40,321 nt of DNA, taken from contig JAVXFC010000001.1 in the NCBI GenBank assembly GCA_036658095.1, forward strand, positions 1 to 40,321, given 5' to 3'. Under the pieces are notes generated by a model that made no database searches, had not been told where the DNA came from, and was given only the letters and a program-made list of their open reading frames with translations. This document shows, piece by piece, positions 1 to 8,952 of the stretch. The position numbers and the translations under genes were made by a program. Position 1 is the stretch's first letter, and each line of letters starts with the position of its first letter. The DNA is from Alistipes sp. (GTDB lineage Bacteria; Bacteroidota; Bacteroidia; Bacteroidales; Rikenellaceae).

Positions 1-180
1 GAGTATGTGGCGGTGGCGTTGGTGGTCTTTTTTGCCTGCGAGTTGACAGCGCAATACAGCAATAAATTGATTGGTTATACGTTTAATATCGTACTTTTCG
101 CCTCCTACCTGCTCTACATCGTTCGTCGCGAACGGATCGACGTGGGGGCATTGGTGCGCGCAGCCCTCAAACGTAAATAA
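1..180 (+). CDS. 3' end of a membrane protein (5'-truncated by window), possibly a polysaccharide biosynthesis/flippase family protein
   Basis: Frame 1 is open from base 1: EYVAVALVVFFACELTAQYSNKLIGYTFNIVLFASYLLYIVRRERIDVGALVRAALKRK, stop TAA at 178-180. Two hydrophobic segments and a basic tail. Family call is tentative. Confidence 0.55.
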   Translation, partial: EYVAVALVVFFACELTAQYSNKLIGYTFNIVLFASYLLYIVRRERIDVGALVRAALKRK

Positions 181-351
181 ATGAGACGCGGAGGGGAAAA
201 TATCGTCGTTTTACTGCTCAGTTTTGCTATCTTTGCAGCAGGTGTCTATGCGCTTTTTAATGTCGAGAACCGCTGGTATATGTGGGGCTGCTTGGGGGCG
301 CTGGTTTTGATTGCCTTGCGGCAGTCGTTGATTAAATTGAAGAAAAAATAG
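181..351 (+). CDS. small 56-aa two-TM membrane protein, hypothetical (below ORF-track cutoff)
   Basis: ATG directly after the upstream TAA; MRRGGENIVVLLLSFAIFAAGVYALFNVENRWYMWGCLGALVLIALRQSLIKLKKK; its TAG shares base 351 with the holB GTG. Confidence 0.6.
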   Translation: MRRGGENIVVLLLSFAIFAAGVYALFNVENRWYMWGCLGALVLIALRQSLIKLKKK

Positions 352-1496
352 TGCGATTTGCAGAGGTCATAGGTCAGCAGGAGCTGAAACGGCAGTTGGT
401 GCAGAGCATCGACGCGGGTCGTGTGAGCCATGCTCAGCTCTTCAGTGGGCTGGCAGGGGCGGGTACGCTCGCCTTGGCAGTGGCATATGTCCAGTACCTC
501 AACTGCCGCCACCGTCACGACGGCGATTCGTGCGGCGTTTGCCCCGATTGCGTGCAGATTGCCGCCTTGGAACACCCCGACCTGCATTTGGTCTTTCCCG
601 TCAACAAGCAGGGTAAAAAGTCGGGTGAAGTGATGGGTAGTGACGAATTTCTGCCCCAGTTCCGCGAACTTTTCACGGAGCAGAAGGGCTATTTTTCGGT
701 GCAAAATTGGTACGACCGTCTCGATTTGGGACGCACGCTCAAGGGGATGATCACGGCGCACGAGGCGGACGAGATCATCCGCAAGCTCTCGTTCAAATCG
801 TTCGAGGCGGAGTATAAGACGATGCTCATCTGGCTGCCAGAGGCGATGAACGACGAGGCGTCGAACAGGATCTTGAAGATTCTGGAGGAGCCGTGGGATA
901 AAACCCTCTTCATCTTGGTCTCCGAACGTCCCGATCGGCTGCTCCCGACCATTCTTTCGCGCACACAAGAGGTTGCCGTTCCGCGACTTACGTCCGATGT
1001 GTTGGAGTGTTTGGCAACGGCACATGGCGTCGCCGATGCGCAGCAAGCGTGCAGCATAGCCCGCCTCGCAGGGGGCGATTTTGTGGCGTTGCAGCAGCTT
1101 CTGTTGGGGGCGGGCGACGCGCAATGCAAAGAGTATTTCGAACTTTTCTGCGGTTTGATGCGCTCCAGCTACAATGATCGTCATCTCGAACTGATGACGT
1201 GGGCAGAGGAGACGGCGCAGCTCACGCGCGAACAACAACGTGCTTTCCTGCTCGAAGCGGCACGTTTGCTGCGTGAGAGCTATATGCTTCACGCGGGCAT
1301 TTCGAAAATTGGTTATTTGTGGGGCGAGGAGTTGGCTTTTTGCTCGAAATTTGCCCCCTACATTGGATCGCAGAATATCGAGCCGTTGATTGCCGAAATT
1401 GAGTGTGCCATGGCGCAGATTTCGCAGAACGGGAATTCGGTCATTGTATTCACTCATTTTGCTCTTTCGGTGAGCAAGATGATTCAAAAAATATAA
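351..1496 (+). CDS. holB: DNA polymerase III subunit delta'
   Basis: MRFAEVIGQ start, HAQLF, degenerate Walker A, Zn module C..CGVCPDC, HPDLH, LKILEEP, LLPTILSR. Confidence 0.92.
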   Translation: MRFAEVIGQQELKRQLVQSIDAGRVSHAQLFSGLAGAGTLALAVAYVQYLNCRHRHDGDSCGVCPDCVQIAALEHPDLHLVFPVNKQGKKSGEVMGSDEFLPQFRELFTEQKGYFSVQNWYDRLDLGRTLKGMITAHEADEIIRKLSFKSFEAEYKTMLIWLPEAMNDEASNRILKILEEPWDKTLFILVSERPDRLLPTILSRTQEVAVPRLTSDVLECLATAHGVADAQQACSIARLAGGDFVALQQLLLGAGDAQCKEYFELFCGLMRSSYNDRHLELMTWAEETAQLTREQQRAFLLEAARLLRESYMLHAGISKIGYLWGEELAFCSKFAPYIGSQNIEPLIAEIECAMAQISQNGNSVIVFTHFALSVSKMIQKI

Positions 1497-1500
1497 GTAT

Positions 1501-2001
1501 ATGCCACGTGTAGTGATTCTTACAGGAGGAAATATGGGCGACGTCAAGACGCGCTTGCAGCAGGCTCAGCAGCTCATCAACGAGCGTGTGGGGGCGGTGT
1601 TGCGTTGCTCACATCGCCACGAAACAGCTCCTTGGGGTTTTTCGACGCCGGGTGCAGCGCTTTTTTCGAATCAGGTGTTGGAGATCTCGACCGATCTTGC
1701 GGCTGAAGAGGTACTCGATGTCTTGCAGCAGATCGAACAGGATCTGGGGCGCGACCGTGCCGCCGAAGAGCGTGAACGCGCAGCCTCTGGCGAGCGCTAT
1801 TCGTCGCGCAAGATCGACATTGATATGCTTTTTTATGGCGATGAGGTTATCGCCACCGAGCGGCTCACCATTCCGCATCCGCTCATGGCGGAGCGCGAGT
1901 TTGTGTTGCATCCGCTGTGTGAAATTTTGCGATCGAAGCGCCACCCTGTGACGGGGAAAACGGCGGGCGAAATGCTGGATGAGTTAACAGAAAGAGGATG
2001 A
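1501..2001 (+). CDS. folK: 2-amino-4-hydroxy-6-hydroxymethyldihydropteridine pyrophosphokinase
   Basis: GGNMGD, ETAPWG, FSNQV, RKIDIDML, LTIPHP, REFVLHPL motifs. Confidence 0.95.
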   Translation: MPRVVILTGGNMGDVKTRLQQAQQLINERVGAVLRCSHRHETAPWGFSTPGAALFSNQVLEISTDLAAEEVLDVLQQIEQDLGRDRAAEERERAASGERYSSRKIDIDMLFYGDEVIATERLTIPHPLMAEREFVLHPLCEILRSKRHPVTGKTAGEMLDELTERG

Positions 2002-2573
2002 AAAAGAGCGGAATAATTTGGTTTGTTGCAGCGTGTATGTTGCTGGTTGGATGTTTCAAAACCATCTCCTACCAGACGACCTATGTGCTGCGTCCATTGG
2101 TGCAAATCGACGATAAAGACGGCTACATAAGCCTCGAAGGGGCGAAAGCCTACGCCTTTGCTGTCGACACCACCACGTGGACAGTTGCCTCCTATGACGA
2201 TGCGTTGGCGGGGGTGCTGACGGAAAAAAATCGCCCTGCCGAGAAGTTTTCAACCCCCACGGCTCACTCCGAACCCTTTCCCCCCTCCGACACCATTCCC
2301 GCATCGGTCAACTGGATCCAAATGTCGCTCGAAGCCCCCTCGATGATGATCGTGGTGGTCGATCCCACGCATAAGCTCTATGCCTATCGCCAGCAGGATT
2401 TTACCGAAAACCTCTCCCCTTACTACATCTCGGTGGTCTTCCGTGCTTGGCAACAGAGCCACACCGAAGGGCCTTGGCACGTGGTGAACGAATTTTATAT
2501 CGCTCCTCAGCCGCCACTCATTCCCGATCCCATAGCCCCGACCCCTGATCCCGTAACTCCCCCTACCGAATAG
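1998..2573 (+). CDS. hypothetical lipoprotein with Pro-rich C-terminus
   Basis: Signal peptide with lipobox LVGC; ATGA overlap with folK; tail PQPPLIPDPIAPTPDPVTPPTE. Confidence 0.8.
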   Translation: MKKSGIIWFVAACMLLVGCFKTISYQTTYVLRPLVQIDDKDGYISLEGAKAYAFAVDTTTWTVASYDDALAGVLTEKNRPAEKFSTPTAHSEPFPPSDTIPASVNWIQMSLEAPSMMIVVVDPTHKLYAYRQQDFTENLSPYYISVVFRAWQQSHTEGPWHVVNEFYIAPQPPLIPDPIAPTPDPVTPPTE

Positions 2574-2576
2574 AGA

Positions 2577-4640
2577 ATGATGATGCAGAAAAAGACGATC
2601 ATACCGTTGTTGCGAGGTGCCGTTGTGGCGCTCTTCCTGCCCGCTTTTTTGGTGCGCTGCGCCAGCATGATGACCCCCACGGGTGGACCTAAAGACACGT
2701 TGCCGCCCGTGATTACCCTCATGACGCCCGACAACCATACCACGCAGATGAAGGATCGCACGAAGATCCTCATCGAATTTGACGAATTTGTGCAGCTCAA
2801 AGAGCAGCAGAAGGAGTTTTTCACCTCGCCTGCGATGAAGAAAAAGCCGATCCTCACCCTTCGAGGCAGGGGGGTGGCTATTCAGCTGCGCGACACGTTG
2901 TTGCCCAACACCACCTACGCGCTCAATTTTGGCTCGTCGATTCGCGACAACAACGAGGGTAACCCGCTCTACTCCATGCGTTACGTCTTCTCGACGGGTA
3001 CCGAGATCGACTCGATGATCTGTTCGGGTTACACGGCCGACAGCTACAAGGCGGATTCGGTACCTCAAAGTTTCATCTACTTCTTCCTCGCCGATTCGGT
3101 GGAGGATGTGGCGCAATACGACTCTACACTCTTCAAATACAAACCCGCGGTGATCGCTCGTGCTGAGAAAAATGGGCTGTTCATTGCCCAAAACCTCAAG
3201 CCTGTACCCTATCGCATCTATGCTGTGCAGGACCGAAACGACAACCAATCCTACGAGCCTACGGTCGATCAGGTGGGCTTCTTGGAGGGGACGCACAACC
3301 CGATCGACCTTCCCGACTTCGGCATCTGGTACGATTCGATTCGCCACTATGTCTCGGCGGATCCGCAGCTCTATTTTCGTATGTTCACCGACGTGAATTT
3401 TCGCCGTCAGAAGCTCACACAAAGCTTGCGACCGCTGCAACACAAGGCGTTGCTCTACTTCAATGCCGCGCACCCTAAGATTGAGGAGCTGCGTTTCGAT
3501 AGCATCCCCTCGGATCGCGTGATTGTCGATCCGCAGACCGTTGGGCGCGATACGATTGCGCTGTGGTTCAACGTCCCCTCGAAAGAGTTGCCCGATACAC
3601 TCAAAGGGTCGATCACCTACCTTCAGCACGACACGCTCAACCGTTTGCAGTCGGTCACCGAGCCGCTGAAACTGTCGTGGCGCCTCATTGAGAGCAAGGA
3701 TCAGCAGAAGGAGCGCGAGAAGCGCGAGAAGGAGCGTAAGAAGGCGGAGGCTGCGGGCGAGAAGGTCGCCAAAGAGAAGAATCCGTTTACCTACAAAATG
3801 CCCCTTTCGGGCGATATCAACCCAGAGACAAACCTCGAAGTGGAGTTCGACTACCCTGTGGCGAAGATCGACTCGGCGGCTATTCTGCTTACGGTCAAAC
3901 ACGAAGATCAGTCGATTACCGACCTGCCCGTCCATTTCGTGCGCGACACGGCGAGCCTGCTGCGGTGGCGGATTACGGCTCCGTGGAAGAAGTTGGGCGA
4001 CTATACGTTGACCGTCCCTGCGGGGGCGTGGACGACGGTGGCTGGTTTTTCGAATGACTCGATAGTGGGCAAATACAAGGTCATGGATCCCGAAAATTAC
4101 GCCTTGGTCAAGATGAATGTCCTGAGCAAACGCGACGGGTCGAAATACATTGTCCAGTTGCTCGATGCAGGTGGCGCACTCAAACAGGAGCGGCGCGAGA
4201 TCGACAGCGGTTTGGTGCAATTCAACTACGTCCCTGCGGGCGAGGTGAAGCTCCGCGTGATCGAGGATCGCAACGGCAATGGCAAGTGGGATACGGGCAA
4301 TCTGGTCGAGCGTCGTCAGCCTGAGCGTGCCGAGATGTACACCAACGAGAAGGGTGAAAGCACCTTTGCGGTGAAGAACAACTGGGAGTTGGAGTTGACG
4401 ATCGACATGAATACCCTCTTTGCTCCCGTGACCATGCAGTCGCTCTCGACGATGCTCGAAGAGCGTGAGGTGCAACGCCTACACCGCGAGGAGGAGAAGC
4501 GCCTGAAGGAGGGACCGAAGAAAAAGGATAACAATTCAGGTGGCTTTGGCGGCATGGGCGGTCACGGCTCAGGCAACACGAGCAACATGGGTGGCATGAA
4601 CAATATGAATAACATGAGACAAAATACAGGTACACGATGA
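2577..4640 (+). CDS. Ig-like (Big_5) domain lipoprotein
   Basis: CASMMTPTGGPKDTLPP N-terminal motif, FDEFV, TTYALNFG..IRDNNEGN, DRNGNGKWDTG..QPE, typical of this conserved Bacteroidota family. Confidence 0.85.
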   Translation: MMMQKKTIIPLLRGAVVALFLPAFLVRCASMMTPTGGPKDTLPPVITLMTPDNHTTQMKDRTKILIEFDEFVQLKEQQKEFFTSPAMKKKPILTLRGRGVAIQLRDTLLPNTTYALNFGSSIRDNNEGNPLYSMRYVFSTGTEIDSMICSGYTADSYKADSVPQSFIYFFLADSVEDVAQYDSTLFKYKPAVIARAEKNGLFIAQNLKPVPYRIYAVQDRNDNQSYEPTVDQVGFLEGTHNPIDLPDFGIWYDSIRHYVSADPQLYFRMFTDVNFRRQKLTQSLRPLQHKALLYFNAAHPKIEELRFDSIPSDRVIVDPQTVGRDTIALWFNVPSKELPDTLKGSITYLQHDTLNRLQSVTEPLKLSWRLIESKDQQKEREKREKERKKAEAAGEKVAKEKNPFTYKMPLSGDINPETNLEVEFDYPVAKIDSAAILLTVKHEDQSITDLPVHFVRDTASLLRWRITAPWKKLGDYTLTVPAGAWTTVAGFSNDSIVGKYKVMDPENYALVKMNVLSKRDGSKYIVQLLDAGGALKQERREIDSGLVQFNYVPAGEVKLRVIEDRNGNGKWDTGNLVERRQPERAEMYTNEKGESTFAVKNNWELELTIDMNTLFAPVTMQSLSTMLEEREVQRLHREEEKRLKEGPKKKDNNSGGFGGMGGHGSGNTSNMGGMNNMNNMRQNTGTR

Positions 4641-5419
4641 AGCTCAAGACAACCCTTTTGATCCTCAGCCTGCTGTTCTTGGCGACCGGGGTGCAGGCGC
4701 AACATACGTTGGGCGTGACGGGTGGCTACGGTATGTCGACCGCCCGTCTGAAACCGACCCAAGAGATGAAGGGCATCTGGGGTCGCTACAACGCGGGACT
4801 TTCGTGGCGTTATTACGGCACGCAGCGTTTTGTGGGCGGCTTCGGCATCGACCTCGAATTTTTGCAGCAGGGGTTCTCGTTTGCCCCTAATGCCTCAATT
4901 ACCGATGATAAGACTGACTTACAATACTATACGCGTAAGTTCAATTCGGTGGTGATGCCCATTGTCTGGCAGCCGCACGTCTATTTGGGTCATAGCGTGC
5001 GTGTGTTTTTGGAGGCTGCGGCGACCTTCTCGTATAACTTCTCTTCGACCTATAACAACGAGCTGAAAGGTGTTGCGGGCGACTACAACTACCGCGTCAC
5101 GCGCGATAACCGCTGGGGCTATGGTTTGGCGGGTGGTGGCGGTGTCTCGGTGTTGGTGGGGCGCATCGAACTCATGGCGCGCGTGCGCTATTACTTCGGT
5201 TTTGCCGATGTGGTGCGCAACCGTAATAAATATGCCAACAACAACACCGACGGAGCTGAGAATCCGTTTTATTATACCCCCATGCGTTCGCCCATAGACA
5301 ACCTAACGATCAGTGTGGGTGTGGCTTACCGCTTCAACAAAGAGGGCTTCAATGTGTGGAAGACCGTTCGCGCGAAGCGCGAGAAAACCAAAGAATCATT
5401 CGATTTCAAGACAAAATAG
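4637..5419 (+). CDS. outer membrane beta-barrel protein (porin-like)
   Basis: Signal peptide ending VQA-Q, alternating aromatic/Gly strands, RYYFGF, ISVGVAYRF. Confidence 0.8.
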   Translation: MKLKTTLLILSLLFLATGVQAQHTLGVTGGYGMSTARLKPTQEMKGIWGRYNAGLSWRYYGTQRFVGGFGIDLEFLQQGFSFAPNASITDDKTDLQYYTRKFNSVVMPIVWQPHVYLGHSVRVFLEAAATFSYNFSSTYNNELKGVAGDYNYRVTRDNRWGYGLAGGGGVSVLVGRIELMARVRYYFGFADVVRNRNKYANNNTDGAENPFYYTPMRSPIDNLTISVGVAYRFNKEGFNVWKTVRAKREKTKESFDFKTK

Positions 5420-5425
5420 CAAAAT

Positions 5426-5770
5426 ATGGAAAGTACACGTCAACAAAAAGTTGCCAAACAGATCCAGAAAGATATCGCCGATATTTTTCAGAAAGAGGCG
5501 CGCGAACTTCTGCGCGGAGTGCTGGTCACGGTGAGCGAGGTGCGCGTGTCGCCCGACTTCAACTACGCCAAAATTTACGTCAGCATCTTCCCCTTCGACA
5601 AGGGGGCGGATACCATGACGGTTCTCGAAAAGAACAACTGGCTCGTCCGCCGCGAACTCGGACGCCGCATCAAAGATCAGCTCAAGAGCGTGCCTGAAAT
5701 TCAATTTTTCCTCGACGATTCGCTCGAATACATTGAGCATATCGACAAGGTGATGCAGCAGGACGAATAG
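5426..5770 (+). CDS. rbfA: 30S ribosome-binding factor A
   Basis: MESTRQQKV, VTVSEVRVSPD, AKIYVS, PEIQFFLDDS. Confidence 0.96.
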   Translation: MESTRQQKVAKQIQKDIADIFQKEARELLRGVLVTVSEVRVSPDFNYAKIYVSIFPFDKGADTMTVLEKNNWLVRRELGRRIKDQLKSVPEIQFFLDDSLEYIEHIDKVMQQDE

Positions 5771-5780
5771 CCGCAGGTCG

Positions 5781-6992
5781 ATGTTTGCAGGTTTCGTTGC
5801 CCGTCGGTACCTCTTCTCGCCCAAGTCGCGATCGGTTATCAACCTGATTGCGGGGTTGAGTGTGGTCTCTATTGCCATGCCCGTGGCGGCGATGATCATC
5901 CTGCTGTCGGTTTTCAACGGCTTCGAAACCCTCGTTAAATCCATGTGTTCGGCCTTTGATGCCGACCTTACGGTGACCCCTGTGCGGGGTCAAACTTTTG
6001 CTTTGGAGGCGATCGACAGTGCCGCATTGGCTCACATCGACGGGGTGCTGGCTCTCTCTTATGTGTTGGAGCAGAGCGCTTTGATCGAACGTGATGGACG
6101 TCAAACCACCGCCACTTTGCGAGGTGTCGACGATGGTTATGCCGCCGTGCTTCCCTCGGTTGCCGATGCTGTCACGTCGGGCGAATACCGCGTGCGACTG
6201 GGTGATTACGATCGGTTGGTTGTCGGGCGGGCTATGGCATATACACTTGGTTTGCAGTCGCTTGCTGATAGCGACGTGTCGATCTATGCGCTGCGACGTG
6301 GCAACTTCTCGTCGCTGTTACCCATCGAAAGCTACACACGCCGCACGGTGTCGACAGCGGGGGTCTATACGCTCGATCTGGAGACCGAGCAGCAATACAT
6401 CCTCACCTCGCTGCGCTTGGCGCAGGAGCTGTTCTCCTACGACGGCAAGTCCTCGGCATTGCTGCTGCGCGTCGATCCTCGTGCCGATGTTGAGCAGTTG
6501 CGAAGTCAGGTTGCGGAGGCTGTGGGGGCGGATTTTCGCGTGCGCACGCGCTCCGAGTTGCGTGCATCGTTCTACGCCATTATGACCTATGAGAAGTGGG
6601 GCATTTTCTTTATTTCGCTGCTGGTTCTCATCATCGCTTCGTTCTCGATTGTGGGTGCGCTGGCGATGCTCATCACCGACAAACGCGATGATCTTGTGAC
6701 CCTGCGGGCGCTGGGTGCGTCGACGCCGATTTTGCGCCGCGTGTTCCACTTCGAAGGGGGGTACATCAGCGCTATTGGAGCGATGATTGGTGTGATGTTG
6801 GGCGTGGGCTTGAGCCTTGCGCAGCAGCATTTGGGCTGGATCGAGATCCCTGCTGACACGTTCCTGACGAAGAGCTATCCCGTCGAGTTTCGGTGGGTCG
6901 ATCTGGCGGTGGTCGTTGGCTCGTTCTGCGTGGTCACCCTCTGCATCACGCGCCTGACGGTCTACAACATGATAAAAAACGAAAAGAGATAA
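5781..6992 (+). CDS. ABC transporter permease, LolC/LolE (MacB/FtsX) family
   Basis: ARRYLFS, LSVFNGFE, large periplasmic domain, LRALGA, three C-terminal TMs, YPV. Confidence 0.88.
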   Translation: MFAGFVARRYLFSPKSRSVINLIAGLSVVSIAMPVAAMIILLSVFNGFETLVKSMCSAFDADLTVTPVRGQTFALEAIDSAALAHIDGVLALSYVLEQSALIERDGRQTTATLRGVDDGYAAVLPSVADAVTSGEYRVRLGDYDRLVVGRAMAYTLGLQSLADSDVSIYALRRGNFSSLLPIESYTRRTVSTAGVYTLDLETEQQYILTSLRLAQELFSYDGKSSALLLRVDPRADVEQLRSQVAEAVGADFRVRTRSELRASFYAIMTYEKWGIFFISLLVLIIASFSIVGALAMLITDKRDDLVTLRALGASTPILRRVFHFEGGYISAIGAMIGVMLGVGLSLAQQHLGWIEIPADTFLTKSYPVEFRWVDLAVVVGSFCVVTLCITRLTVYNMIKNEKR

Positions 6993-6998
6993 CAAACC

Positions 6999-7814
6999 AT
7001 GAAAAAAGGACTTTTCATCCTGCTTGCCTTTGTCTTGGCAGCCTGCTCGCGCCCGACGATCGTCCCCGACGATGAGCTGGCGATGATCTTCCGCGACGCC
7101 TTCCTGACAAATGCCTACATCACCAATAAGTTGGTCAAGGCCGACTCACTGAATGTTTACGAGCCGATTTTCGCCCGCTATGGCTACACCACGGCGGATG
7201 TGCAGTACACCATTGGCAACTTTTCGAAGCGCAAAAGTGCGCGTTTGGGCGATGTGGTCGAGGCGGCGATCAACCTGCTCGACAAAGACGGTGCTTACTA
7301 CGATCGCGAGGTGGCGATCCTCGATACGATCGACCAAGCGGCGCGCCGTGCCTTGGGGCGCGTGGTCTACTCCGACACGCTGATCCGTGTGCAGCGGCTG
7401 CAAGATACCGCGCGCCTGCACTTCGAGGTGCAGCCCATCAAACCCGGTCAGTATGCGATCTCGATGCGATATATGGTCGACACGCTCGACGAGAATTCAT
7501 CTATTCAGGGCGGTGTGTGGCTCGAACATCGCGGCGCCCCTCGTCGTGGCAACTACACCTATATGTTACGTCGCGAGCAGGAGGAGCATTACGAACGCAT
7601 CCTGACCGCTGACACGGCAGATCGCCGCTTGATTTTCGATTTTGCGGGGTTCTCGAAACCCGCCAAGCGCCCCTCGATCACGATTCGCGATGTGGAGGTG
7701 CGATATACCCCTCCGACGGCGGAGGCGGTCGATAGCTTCTACCGTCAACACATGGATGTTCGCATCTTTGCCAAAGATTTCTTCCGTCATGCAATGCCGA
7801 AAGATAGCCTCTAA
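6999..7814 (+). CDS. lipoprotein, probably DUF4296 family
   Basis: Lipobox LAAC; IVPDDELAMI..D and IFARYGYT pattern resembling DUF4296. Confidence 0.7.
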   Translation: MKKGLFILLAFVLAACSRPTIVPDDELAMIFRDAFLTNAYITNKLVKADSLNVYEPIFARYGYTTADVQYTIGNFSKRKSARLGDVVEAAINLLDKDGAYYDREVAILDTIDQAARRALGRVVYSDTLIRVQRLQDTARLHFEVQPIKPGQYAISMRYMVDTLDENSSIQGGVWLEHRGAPRRGNYTYMLRREQEEHYERILTADTADRRLIFDFAGFSKPAKRPSITIRDVEVRYTPPTAEAVDSFYRQHMDVRIFAKDFFRHAMPKDSL

Positions 7815-8922
7815 CTACCTCTGGACGCCTGCGGGCTTCCTGCGCAACCCGCTCGTTGAGGTCGACGCCGCGGGACGCATCGTCGCCGTGACAAGCTGTG
7901 CCGACCCCGATCGACACCACGGCACGGAGTTCTACGCAGGCATCCTCACCCCCAGCTTTGTCAATGCCCATTGCCACCTCGAACTCTCCTACCTGCGTGG
8001 AGCAATCCCGCAAGGGTGTGGCTTTGCGGGCTTCGCTGCCGCCATGGGGGCGGTACGCGAGCGGGCGTCGGCAGCCGAACGCCGCCAAGCCATGCAGGCG
8101 GCAGATGCAGCCCTGTGGCAGGCGGGTGTGGGGGCGGTGGGTGACGTGTCGACTGGCGAGACGTCGTTCGAGGTGAAGGCTGCGAGCCGCATTGCCTACC
8201 ACACATTTGTCGAATTTTTCGGATTGCGCTCGGCCTCTGCCGAACCGCTGCGTGCGCTGCTGTGCGCGCCGCATACCTCGCTCACCCCCCATTCGATCTA
8301 CTCGGTGCAGGATGCCCCTTTTCGCGCGATCTGTGCCGAGGGACGGGCGCCGTTGTCGATTCACTTCATGGAATCGGCTGCCGAATTGGCGCTTTTCGAG
8401 CGTCGAGGCGATCTTTGGGAGTGGTATTCGAAGGTGGGTTTTACGTGCGATTTTCTGCACTATGGATCGCCCGCGCAGCGTATTGTGGATTCTGTTCCCG
8501 CTTCGCGCAGTACGATTTTGGTGCATGCTTGTTGCTGCACGAGCGACGATATAGAGCGCTTGATGAACCACTTCACCGCACCCCTTTTCTGGTGTCTTTG
8601 TCCGCAATCGAACCACTACATCTCGCGCACGACACCCCCCGTCGAGCTGCTGCGGGCGCATGGCGCTCATATCTGCATTGGCACCGACTCACTGGCGTCG
8701 AATACAAACCTCTCCATGCTCGATGAGCTGCGCGCGTTTGTGGATGTTCCCCTTGTCGAGCTGCTCGGCTGGGCAACACTCCAAGGTGCGCGCGCTTTGG
8801 GGTTGGACGATGAGCTGGGGACGGTTGCCGTGGGTAAACGCTGCGGGCTGAATGTGTTGTCGGGTCTCGATTACGAGCGTATGGCGCTCACCGATCGATC
8901 GCAGGTGCAGCGTCTTCTTTAG
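7789..8922 (+). CDS. metal-dependent amidohydrolase (deaminase-like; candidate aminofutalosine deaminase)
   Basis: PSFVNAHCHLELS (HxH), PHSIYS, IHFMES, CPQSN, GTDS, GARALG. Start reassigned to ATG 7789 (MQCRKIAS), 26-nt overlap with the upstream gene. Confidence 0.85.
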   Translation: MQCRKIASNYLWTPAGFLRNPLVEVDAAGRIVAVTSCADPDRHHGTEFYAGILTPSFVNAHCHLELSYLRGAIPQGCGFAGFAAAMGAVRERASAAERRQAMQAADAALWQAGVGAVGDVSTGETSFEVKAASRIAYHTFVEFFGLRSASAEPLRALLCAPHTSLTPHSIYSVQDAPFRAICAEGRAPLSIHFMESAAELALFERRGDLWEWYSKVGFTCDFLHYGSPAQRIVDSVPASRSTILVHACCCTSDDIERLMNHFTAPLFWCLCPQSNHYISRTTPPVELLRAHGAHICIGTDSLASNTNLSMLDELRAFVDVPLVELLGWATLQGARALGLDDELGTVAVGKRCGLNVLSGLDYERMALTDRSQVQRLL

Positions 8923-8952
8923 CGAATATAGAGTCTATGTGATCCCTATCTC

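Noticed and set aside
3700-3780. Purine-rich GAGAAG repeats
   Set aside because: Simply encode a Lys/Glu/Arg-rich helix; not a DNA repeat element.
2250-4475. 741-aa antisense ORF, and similar long shadow ORFs (246-1547, 21797-22912, 34531-35874, 17281-18231)
   Set aside because: They lie opposite well-supported genes and have no recognisable motifs; expected from codon bias making reverse-strand stops rare.
7642-7788. N-terminal extensions in the ORF track (also 20578-20664, 25486-25542, 31867-31923, 32597-32716, 37998-38135)
   Set aside because: They run through upstream genes or promoter boxes; downstream ATGs give proper family N-termini or signal peptides.
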